Source: Dissulfurispiraceae bacterium (GTDB taxonomy: Bacteria > Nitrospirota > Thermodesulfovibrionia > Thermodesulfovibrionales > Dissulfurispiraceae). From it: DNA of 64,000 nucleotides. Below, in pieces: positions 20,577-28,140 of this stretch. Location of the stretch: NCBI GenBank assembly GCA_035319185.1, contig DATHDF010000074.1, positions 77,537 to 141,536 on the forward strand. Direction: 5' to 3'. The notes under the pieces are model-generated. The model worked only from the letters and a program-made list of their open reading frames with translations. It did not search any database and had not been told where the DNA came from. The stretch's first letter is position 1. Each line of letters begins with the position of its first letter. The translations under genes were made by a program, and so were the position numbers.

Positions 20577-20972
20577 ATGGCACAGAGTATTAAAGTCAAG
20601 GTTTATTACGAAGACACCGACGCAGGCGGAGTCGTTTACTATGCAAATTATCTGCGATACATGGAGCGGGCAAGGACCGAGTTCCTGACTGATTACGGCA
20701 TCAGCGTCGCGGATCATCACAACAAGGGAATTTTCTTCGTCGTGACCCATGTAGATATAAGCTATAAGAAGGCGGCCCGCCTCGGCGAGACAATCGAGCT
20801 GACGACCGAGGTTGAAGAGATGCGAAACGCCAGCATGACTGTGAGGAACAGGATACTCAGAGATGGTAACCTCCTGGTTGATGCTCTTCTGACTTTTGCG
20901 TGCATCGGTGCTGATGGCAGGCCCCAGCGACTGCCTGAACAATTTGAAGCTTTGCGGCCGGCGGGCAATTAG
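20577..20972 (+). CDS. Acyl-CoA thioesterase, YbgC/4HBT family
   Basis: VYYEDTDAGGVVYYANYLRYMERARTEF hot-dog fold signature. Confidence 0.85.
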   Translation: MAQSIKVKVYYEDTDAGGVVYYANYLRYMERARTEFLTDYGISVADHHNKGIFFVVTHVDISYKKAARLGETIELTTEVEEMRNASMTVRNRILRDGNLLVDALLTFACIGADGRPQRLPEQFEALRPAGN

Positions 20973-20974
20973 AT

Positions 20975-21436
20975 ATGAACATAGATGACAAATTGAAGGA
21001 ACTCGGGATACGATGGACTGAGACCCCGAAGCCTTTGGGCTCTTACGTTCCGTTTGTCCAGACGGGAAATCTCCTGTTCTTGAGCGGAGTGCTGCCGCTC
21101 AGAGACGGACGGCTGGCAAGAATCGGGAGGGTCGGCGAAACCGTTTCGCTCGAAGAGGCTCAGCAAGAGGCGCGACAGGTTGTGATCAATGCATTGTCCA
21201 TTCTGAAGTCTGCGATCGGAGATCTCGGCAAAATGCGCAGATGCGTCAAGCTGAACGGATACGTGGCGTCTTCCGATAACTTTACAGACCAGCCCAAGGT
21301 GCTGAACGCCGCATCGGATTTGTTATTCGAAATTTTTGGAGAAGCGGGCAGGCACGCCAGGTCGGCAGTCGGTGTCAGCTCTCTGCCGCTGAATTCTCCG
21401 ATTGAAATAGATTTCGTATTTGAGACAGAAATCTAA
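20975..21436 (+). CDS. RidA/YjgF-family protein
   Basis: LFLSG...GETVSLEEAQQEARQ...ARSAVGVSSLP...IEIDFVFE pattern of the RidA/YjgF fold. Confidence 0.75.
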   Translation: MNIDDKLKELGIRWTETPKPLGSYVPFVQTGNLLFLSGVLPLRDGRLARIGRVGETVSLEEAQQEARQVVINALSILKSAIGDLGKMRRCVKLNGYVASSDNFTDQPKVLNAASDLLFEIFGEAGRHARSAVGVSSLPLNSPIEIDFVFETEI

Positions 21437-21879
21437 TAGGTTGCAGGGTCCTCCGGAGGCAGTGCAGCTTCGTCAAAGGGCATGACTCCAAGCTGGAGCA
21501 TCACTGACTCGATGCCCTTCAACGTTTCTCCGTAATCAAGCCACCGCAATTCCTCATGCAGTGCCCTTTCGACGAGCCGGTCGAAGGCGTCAAAATCAAA
21601 TCTGCCGTCAAGCACCTTCGAACGGACCAGTAGATTATAGATCGAACGATCCTCATTGAGATTGTCTCCGTGCTCAATCGACAGCATTCCCCTTCTTTCC
21701 GGAGACGCGACATACCATTCGAGAGCCCCGTTAAGCGCGTCGGAAAGCGTGACCACCGCGGCCGAGAATTTGCCCTGCCTGAGTCTGCGTCTTCCGCCTC
21801 TGATATGGAGTTTCGCCCTGAACAGGGGGCCTTCTTCCGGTCCCATAGACCGCTCGTTCATCAAACCTGCATGCGGCAT
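21433..21879 (-). CDS. Hypothetical protein
   Basis: 148-aa ORF convergent with the RidA gene (4-nt overlap). Helical sequence with no family recognised. Confidence 0.5.
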   Translation of the reverse strand: MPHAGLMNERSMGPEEGPLFRAKLHIRGGRRRLRQGKFSAAVVTLSDALNGALEWYVASPERRGMLSIEHGDNLNEDRSIYNLLVRSKVLDGRFDFDAFDRLVERALHEELRWLDYGETLKGIESVMLQLGVMPFDEAALPPEDPATY

Positions 21880-21969
21880 TCCGGCACCTCCCTTTTACTG
21901 AATTCTACCAACCTGACTGTTACGCCGCAACAAGCAACCCTCTGTTATAATTTAATTAGAGGCATCTGC

Positions 21970-22647
21970 ATGGCAAAGAAGAAAGAAGCAAACGATTTTT
22001 CCTTCCGTCCATTCAAGAATCTGGGCACGATAATCGTCCCGGAGACTGTCGATAGTACGCCTGACAGCTCTTCGGCCTCTGAAGCGTGTCCCGACGATGA
22101 AGAGCTCTTTCTGGCAGAAATGAAGGGAGTGCGCGAAATAAAGGAATTCCGCCGTCTGCCGGTTCATCGCAAAGTTCCCGCCCCTGTCAGGATGCCGCCG
22201 GATTCCGATTCTGAAACCCTTAAGACACTGGAAGAAATATCGGAGGGCAGAAGACCCATCAGACTATCGGATACGCAGGAATACGTGGAGTGGGCTAACG
22301 CTCGCTCAGGTTGCGCAGCAGCAGTGGCGTGCAAGCTGCACGAAGGCAGGTTCGCGGTGCAGGATTTTCTGGATCTTCACGGTTTTACGGTTGAAGAAGC
22401 AGAAGACAGAATCGGGGAGTTTCTGGCGGCATCGCTCAGAAAAGGCCTCAGGTGCGTCAAGATCATCCACGGCAGGGGGCTCAAGTCGCCCAAGGGTCCT
22501 GTACTGAAGGAGTCCCTCGTAAAATGGCTCTCGGGACGATACCGTCGCAATGTGATCGCCTTTGCAACAGCCCGCCGGTGCGATGGCGGACTCGGAGCAC
22601 TGTATGTCCTGCTCAGACAACATAGGAGTAGAAAGAAGCTTCTTTAG
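21970..22647 (+). CDS. Smr (small MutS-related) domain protein
   Basis: C-terminal LDLHGFTVEEAE...IIHGRG Smr nuclease motifs. Start at MAKKKE (ATG 21970); the track ORF from 21670 is an antisense-overlapping extension. Confidence 0.8.
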   Translation: MAKKKEANDFSFRPFKNLGTIIVPETVDSTPDSSSASEACPDDEELFLAEMKGVREIKEFRRLPVHRKVPAPVRMPPDSDSETLKTLEEISEGRRPIRLSDTQEYVEWANARSGCAAAVACKLHEGRFAVQDFLDLHGFTVEEAEDRIGEFLAASLRKGLRCVKIIHGRGLKSPKGPVLKESLVKWLSGRYRRNVIAFATARRCDGGLGALYVLLRQHRSRKKLL

Positions 22648-22718
22648 AACAAAATTGCTTGCAGCTGCAAAATAAACTCATACTTTCATTGAAGAGTCCA
22701 CGTTGAATATAATGAATA

Positions 22719-23306
22719 ATGTCCGCCGGAGAGGCAAAAGCCTGGGAGATACTCAAAACCCTCGACCCAATCGAAGTCTGTAAGCGGGCGGCAGTTCAAT
22801 ATGATGCCGGGGGACACAAATACATCGTGCGCTCCATGGGAAGAGATTTTTCCTTTTTGCTGGACGATGAACAAATTACGGGCGATGACCTCTTTCTAAA
22901 ACGCCTGGGCTATTTATTCAAACTTTCGGCTTTATGCTATCTCAATAGCGCACTCGAAATCCCGACTACCGAGCGCTTGATCAGACCGTCGGACCTTAAG
23001 GGGGGCCAGATTTTCTTCAGAGGCACGCACATACTGCCTCTGGACGGGCTGGCAGCCCAATACGGTGTCAATTCCAATATGTTTCTTCAGAAAGGAACTG
23101 ATCTGGGCGCGGAGGCTGCCTCGTTCGGCGATGCAGCCCTGCGGGTATTGCCGTTCCCGAGGATCCCGGTCTACCTGATACTCTGGAAGCAGGATGATGA
23201 ATTCCCGGCCCGCGCGGATCTGTTATTCGATTCTTCCTCTGAAATGCAGGCACCGCTGGACATATTGTGGTCAGCCGCAATGATGACGGTTCTTGCCATG
23301 ATGTAG
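22719..23306 (+). CDS. DUF3786-like protein
   Basis: N-terminus (AWEILKTLDPIEVCKRAAVQYD....YIVRSMGRDF) resembles DUF3786 family members. From memory, not searched. Confidence 0.5.
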   Translation: MSAGEAKAWEILKTLDPIEVCKRAAVQYDAGGHKYIVRSMGRDFSFLLDDEQITGDDLFLKRLGYLFKLSALCYLNSALEIPTTERLIRPSDLKGGQIFFRGTHILPLDGLAAQYGVNSNMFLQKGTDLGAEAASFGDAALRVLPFPRIPVYLILWKQDDEFPARADLLFDSSSEMQAPLDILWSAAMMTVLAMM

Positions 23307-23313
23307 CCTCAAA

Positions 23314-23649
23314 TCAATAAGTGGATCTTATCCTGCCGGTCCTTTTGTCTATAATGACCTTATCTACAAGCGCGCCATGCCTGTCCCTGATATCGGCCTC
23401 AAAAAAAAGGTCCCTTTCGCGAACATCGCCGATCTTCACATCCCTGCCTGAAAAATAATCCCTGATCATCCTTCTGGCCTCATCACCGCTGGACACTGCC
23501 TTGCGTTCGCCGTAGCCGCCCCTGGATTCGCCGTATGGGAAGGCCCTGGGCCTCATTTCGCCAGATACAACCGGACAAAAGGCGGTAGCCCATATCGCAC
23601 ATGCAATCAATATTATGAAACTGATGTAAACTGCAGACTTGGCTCCCAT
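23314..23649 (-). CDS. Small membrane-anchored/periplasmic PepSY-like protein
   Basis: ATG 23649 has a GGGAGAGGGG RBS 9 nt upstream and a GATATAAT -10-like box. TM/signal segment, then SGDEARRMIRDYF...VIIDKRTGRIRSTY (PepSY-like). The track ORF starts at 23721. Confidence 0.55.
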   Translation of the reverse strand: MGAKSAVYISFIILIACAIWATAFCPVVSGEMRPRAFPYGESRGGYGERKAVSSGDEARRMIRDYFSGRDVKIGDVRERDLFFEADIRDRHGALVDKVIIDKRTGRIRSTY

Positions 23650-23774
23650 ATTGCTCAACCCCTCTCCCATGGCAAACTCAAACATTATATCACATTCAAC
23701 GGCGACCTCTTTCAGCTGCACGTCCGAAGATTACTGCAGCCGGAAAAGGCTTTGGCCCCTTCCGGCTGCAGTGA

Positions 23775-24089
23775 TTATTTCTTATGACATTTAGTGCAGT
23801 TATCAGCTGCTGCAAAGGCCTTTTTGCCGTTGTGGCAGGCGAAACAGAATTTGTTCTTCTTATGGTCAGCCTGCGTTATCTTGACTGCTCCCTTCTTCAT
23901 TTTAAACAGTTTAGTATGACAGTCCTTGCACTTGAATCCTTTGTCGGCATGGACCTTGCCATCAAATATAACTTTACCAGGGCTCTTCTCAGCTGCAAAC
24001 TCAACCGTCTTGCCCGACGGAACGGCCCATGATGTGCCAATCAGCGCCAACATAGCTAATGCCATTACAGCTATTACCGCTATCTTCAT
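23775..24089 (-). CDS. Periplasmic triheme cytochrome c7 (PpcA-like)
   Basis: Signal peptide plus three CxxCH heme motifs (CKDCH, CFACH, CTKCH) in a mature protein of about 80 aa ending CHKK. Confidence 0.85.
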   Translation of the reverse strand: MKIAVIAVMALAMLALIGTSWAVPSGKTVEFAAEKSPGKVIFDGKVHADKGFKCKDCHTKLFKMKKGAVKITQADHKKNKFCFACHNGKKAFAAADNCTKCHKK

Positions 24090-24104
24090 CGCCTTGTCCT
24101 CCGA

Positions 24105-24127
24105 GGGGCAGGGTCTATCCCTGCCCC
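24105..24127 (-). promoter_or_regulatory. Intercistronic GC-rich stem-loop between the 77-aa gene and the cytochrome gene
   Basis: GGGGCAGGG-tctat-CCCTGCCCC (9-bp perfect stem) with no U-tract. The GGAGGA RBS of the cytochrome gene follows immediately on the minus strand. Confidence 0.45.
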
Positions 24128-24141
24128 AACTGGTTAATACT

Positions 24142-24375
24142 TTAGCAGCCTTCTATCGCTTTCTTCTTGATGACCTTACCGTCGTTTACAGTAACCTTGT
24201 CACCGACCTTCAGGCCGGCATCGCCGGTTGCAGTGGTTTCCTTTCCGTCCGCTGTTTTAACCGTTACCTTGCTACCTTCGATCTTGGTTATCGTGCCCTT
24301 CTCAGCAGCAAGACTGAGACCTGCAACCGCCAGAGTAAACGCCACGACTACAAATACCGCGAGAATCTTTTTCAT
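24142..24375 (-). CDS. Small secreted protein (77 aa), unknown function
   Basis: Signal peptide (MKKILAVFVVVAFTLAVAGLSLA) and a beta-rich mature part ending in IEGC. Lies between the sensor kinase and the cytochrome. Confidence 0.6.
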   Translation of the reverse strand: MKKILAVFVVVAFTLAVAGLSLAAEKGTITKIEGSKVTVKTADGKETTATGDAGLKVGDKVTVNDGKVIKKKAIEGC

Positions 24376-24499
24376 ATCGTTTCACCTCCTTCCGTTTGAG
24401 TTTTTCATTCTTTAGTCTCTTATCCTGATTAAAGGATACCAAACAAATGTGAATCGCAATCGAACAGAATATGAACAATTATGAATTGCAATCAGCCGC

Positions 24500-25846
24500 T
24501 TATTCCGGCAGTTTAACTGTAAAGACAGTTCCCTTGCCGGGTTGGCTTTCAACGCCTATAGTCCCTCCGTGGGCTTCCACCAGCTCTTTTACAATAGTAA
24601 GACCTATGCCCAGGCCGCCCTTCGATCCCCGGTAGAACCTCTCAAATATGAAAGGAATGTCCTCTTCCCTGATGCCGCTGCCGTCGTCGGCGACCGAAAT
24701 GACCGCCTGATTGCGCTCATCCTCCGCACTGATCCTGACATGCCCGCCCCTCGCAGAAGCCTTAAGTGCGTTCGACAGCAGGTTGATGATGATCTGGCTC
24801 AGGCGGTCCGGGTCAGCGTTTACCTGCAGCTTATCTTCACACGAAAGATGGAGCTTTACGCCGTTTTCGTCAAAAAGTCTGCCGAAACGGTCAACGATGC
24901 CTTCCAGAAACTGCCTCAGATCAAACACCGTCTTGCGAAGATAGCGGCTGCTCGCCTCGGCCTGCGCCAGTTCTTCTATCCCCTCGATGATCTTTCTCAG
25001 TCTGCCTATCTCTGAGTACAGAGACTGAACATGTTCCTTATCCAGCGGGATGAGGCCATCCATCATTGCCTCCAGTTCGCCGCGGATCGCGCTGATCGGC
25101 GTTCTCAATTCGTGAGCAATATTGGTCGTCAGCTTTCGACGCAGGGAGTCCTGCATTTCGAGGGATTGAGCCATACGGTTAAAGGCGTCGGCAAGCTCTG
25201 CCATCTCGCCTTTGCCGGAAATATTTACACGACTCTTCAGATTGCCGCTGCTGATATCAGCCGCCGCTCCGGTCAGTCTTTTTATGGGGTTGGTCAGCAT
25301 CCTCGAAAATATGACACTCAGCAAAAGCGTTATTCCGCCGAGCGCAAAAAGTGAATAGAGAAGCAGCCTGTTCGACCTGTCGACAAAAACGCCTTCTTTG
25401 CGCGGCCTCAACAGACCGACTTCGAGATGGCCGATCTGCTCGCCTCCTAAAAAGAGTGGGTAGGGGACAAATTTCTCTCCGGTTCTCCTTTCATCGAAGT
25501 CCGAAAGAGCAATGACCCTGCGCACAACCGCCTGGGATTGGTCGCCGATGGCCTTTTCGGTATCCATCACCAGCGTACCGCCAACGTCGTACAGCTTGAC
25601 GTCATAACCCAGCATCAGGGCCCATATCATATTCTCCGTTACATCCTTTGTCGCCCATCCTTCATTCTTGTCAAAAGAGCTCTCCATGGCAGCCGTGATC
25701 CAGTAAATGCGGTCCTCGCGCTCCCCTTCGAGATATTCCCTGAAGTCCTTGAGCATGAGTTCGCGAAGAAGAAGTGCTGCGGAGAGTGCTATCAGCGAAA
25801 CGGCAATTAGAAGTATTAGAAACTTGGCCCAGAGGTTCTTAAACAT
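24500..25846 (-). CDS. Sensor histidine kinase (two TM helices, periplasmic domain, HAMP, HisKA, HATPase)
   Basis: H-box IAHELRTPISAIRG, HAMP PIKRLTGAAADISSGNL, G-boxes DDGSGI and GLGIGLTIV. Confidence 0.9.
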   Translation of the reverse strand: MFKNLWAKFLILLIAVSLIALSAALLLRELMLKDFREYLEGEREDRIYWITAAMESSFDKNEGWATKDVTENMIWALMLGYDVKLYDVGGTLVMDTEKAIGDQSQAVVRRVIALSDFDERRTGEKFVPYPLFLGGEQIGHLEVGLLRPRKEGVFVDRSNRLLLYSLFALGGITLLLSVIFSRMLTNPIKRLTGAAADISSGNLKSRVNISGKGEMAELADAFNRMAQSLEMQDSLRRKLTTNIAHELRTPISAIRGELEAMMDGLIPLDKEHVQSLYSEIGRLRKIIEGIEELAQAEASSRYLRKTVFDLRQFLEGIVDRFGRLFDENGVKLHLSCEDKLQVNADPDRLSQIIINLLSNALKASARGGHVRISAEDERNQAVISVADDGSGIREEDIPFIFERFYRGSKGGLGIGLTIVKELVEAHGGTIGVESQPGKGTVFTVKLPE

Positions 25847-26540
25847 CCTTCTTTCCCGAAAAGCGGTATCCTACTCCATAAATGGTAAGGATGAATTCGG
25901 GGTTCCTGGGGTCTTCCTCTATTTTATGGCGGATATTCTTTATATGGGCATCGATACTTCGCTCGTATCCTTCGAACTGATAACCGAGGGCCTTTTCAAC
26001 CAGCTCCTCTCTTGTGAAGACCCTTCCAGGGTGCGTCGCCAGTATGTAAAGGACCTTGAATTCCGTGGGCGTAATATTAATCAGGCCGCTATTCTTTGTC
26101 ACCTCGTAACTTTGACCGTCGATTATGAGAGATCGTTTGTTAAAGCTGAGGGGTTCGGCATTCTCCAGGTCCCCCTTCTGCTGCCTGCGCAAAACAGCCT
26201 TAATGCGATAAACAAGCTCGCGCGGACTAAAAGGCTTCACAACATAATCGTCGGCGCCAAGTGCGAATCCGGCCACCCTCTCCTCTTCCGAGGCTTTTGC
26301 CGTGAGCATGATTATCGGGAAGTCGCCGATCTGCCTGAGTTCCTGGCACACCTCTTCGCCGCTGATGTCCGGCAGCATCAGATCAAGCACCGCAAGCAAA
26401 GGTTTCTCCTTCATCGCCGCCTCAACGCCCTTCTTGCCTGCGTCCGCATAGACCACCTTGTAGCCGGCCCCTTCTAGATATACCTTCACTACCTTGGCGA
26501 TCTTGGCGTCATCTTCTATAAGCAGTATCGGCGGCAGCAT
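25839..26540 (-). CDS. OmpR-family response regulator
   Basis: REC domain (ILLIEDD, LDLMLPDISG, VVKPF) plus a winged-helix output (LTPTEFKVLYIL, YGVGYRF). Overlaps the kinase gene by 8 nt. Confidence 0.9.
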   Translation of the reverse strand: MLPPILLIEDDAKIAKVVKVYLEGAGYKVVYADAGKKGVEAAMKEKPLLAVLDLMLPDISGEEVCQELRQIGDFPIIMLTAKASEEERVAGFALGADDYVVKPFSPRELVYRIKAVLRRQQKGDLENAEPLSFNKRSLIIDGQSYEVTKNSGLINITPTEFKVLYILATHPGRVFTREELVEKALGYQFEGYERSIDAHIKNIRHKIEEDPRNPEFILTIYGVGYRFSGKKDV

Positions 26541-26821
26541 AACAACCTCCGGTCAGGATATTTGAAGCGATTGAATCTATTATATTGCACGTCGATGCCG
26601 TTATTTTCAACCCGAACGTTGTAAAAAATAGAATGGAATGAACCAAAGATGAATGCAGATTGACAACAAAGAACATTACAATAGAGCCTGGCATTCTGCC
26701 TTAAACAAAAAACTCAGCCGCCTTGCAGTGGCTGCCGAGACATTGATATGTATTGAGTCGATGTGAGCAAAAAATGGCTGTTTGGACGTTGTGCTTTCCT
26801 TTTACCTTGGCTAACTTATAG

Positions 26822-27622
26822 TTAGGTCTGCGGTATGAACAAACGCGGGAAATAAAACTCTCGGACAGGATCAGGGAAAGCAATGCGGAGCTTACCCTTC
26901 GGGCTATCAGATAATATAAGCTCCTCCCTAAGCAATTGGCCGATCAAATCCCGGGCTGTCCTCTCTTTAAGACCTGAAATGCGGACGGCATCGCCTCTTG
27001 CAATCTCACCCTTATAAATAAGATCTGTTAATACGTGCTTGGCCTCTATGCGCAAACCTCCCTCAAATGACCGCCGCTCAACATAACCTGACACTCGTTC
27101 GGCCAGTTTACCCGGCAATAAAAGAGATCTCATGAAATCCAGCTGGTCTATGCATGTTTTGATAAAGAAAATGCAAAAATCACGCAGAGCTCTCGCTGAA
27201 AGACTGCCCCGGCCATCAAGATCTCCCTGCCTTGACATATCAGCCAATGAAAGCAACCGCTTGTAATTGTCATGTGAGCGCGATAACCCCCTGACTGGGG
27301 ACCAGAGCCCGTTTGAATCAAGACCACAACGCATCAAAAAAGCTTCAATCAAAAGCCTCGCAATGCGGCCATTACCATCTATAAATGGGTGGATCCATAA
27401 AAAACGGTGATGCGAAGCTGCCATTGCAAGGACTTGGTGAATACGATCATAACGAGATGGATTATACTTTTCAGAAAAGAATCGTACCAGTTCCTCCACC
27501 GCATCTTTCTCCTGCGGAATGTATCTACCCACCGTAACTGCTTCTTTCCGCCATTCTCCTGGCACCACTGGCAATTCCCGATTACCAGATGGTGACCGGA
27601 CGATCCTGAATTCATCAGGCAT
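26822..27622 (-). CDS. Fic-family protein, core and C-terminal part (appears split from its N-terminal part by a frameshift)
   Basis: Canonical Fic motif HPFIDGNGRIARLL and a C-terminal wHTH-like region. A reading frame open upstream of the ATG continues homologous-looking sequence (LHKEFYDR). Confidence 0.75.
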   Translation of the reverse strand: MPDEFRIVRSPSGNRELPVVPGEWRKEAVTVGRYIPQEKDAVEELVRFFSEKYNPSRYDRIHQVLAMAASHHRFLWIHPFIDGNGRIARLLIEAFLMRCGLDSNGLWSPVRGLSRSHDNYKRLLSLADMSRQGDLDGRGSLSARALRDFCIFFIKTCIDQLDFMRSLLLPGKLAERVSGYVERRSFEGGLRIEAKHVLTDLIYKGEIARGDAVRISGLKERTARDLIGQLLREELILSDSPKGKLRIAFPDPVREFYFPRLFIPQT

Positions 27623-27654
27623 ACGGTCGTAGAATTCCTTGTGCAGCCAAAGAA

Positions 27655-28011
27655 TTAACTCCGGGGAACAAGGGGACTCTGTGTATCTTTAAATTTAAGC
27701 CGCTCAACCAGAAGACGGTAGACTTTGATATGGGCAACGCTTTCTGTCTGCAGTTCGCGTTTTGCCGGATCATCAGAGTAATTTCCCTTTAATGCCTTGT
27801 CGATATCTCTTGGTGTCGTATAGTGACCTGAGATCAAGTTACTATAATAGCTGTGCATCGTTTCGATAAGCCGGGCTATTGTGGCCCGTGTAATCGAATG
27901 AATCCCGCCATGCAGCATGGATACCCTCTCGATAACCGCCACGATCAGATCCGTCAACTCTCTATCGAGTTCAGGAAGGAACGGTGTCATATGTTGGCTT
28001 AATGACCTCAT
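27655..28011 (-). CDS. Fic-family N-terminal (inhibitory-helix) fragment
   Basis: HSYYSNLISGHYTTPRDI matches the N-terminal [S/T]xxxE[G/N] region of class II Fic proteins, but with Ser in place of Glu. It is in a different frame from the Fic core ORF, and C-runs lie at the junction. Confidence 0.6.
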   Translation of the reverse strand: MRSLSQHMTPFLPELDRELTDLIVAVIERVSMLHGGIHSITRATIARLIETMHSYYSNLISGHYTTPRDIDKALKGNYSDDPAKRELQTESVAHIKVYRLLVERLKFKDTQSPLVPRS

Positions 28012-28140
28012 TATGTAACATTATGCCGATCTTGCTGCCAATCTAAATGGAAGAAGTAGCATACGAAGAAGTCCGATTAACTCTTGATCACCCAAGCCGC
28101 TATCGGTGTGAATAGACATAGACTCAGCAATCGCGACCTT

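Noticed and set aside
20505-20942. 145-aa minus-strand ORF overlapping the thioesterase gene
   Set aside because: The plus-strand frame carries the clear YbgC/4HBT signature. The minus-strand product has no motif or RBS.
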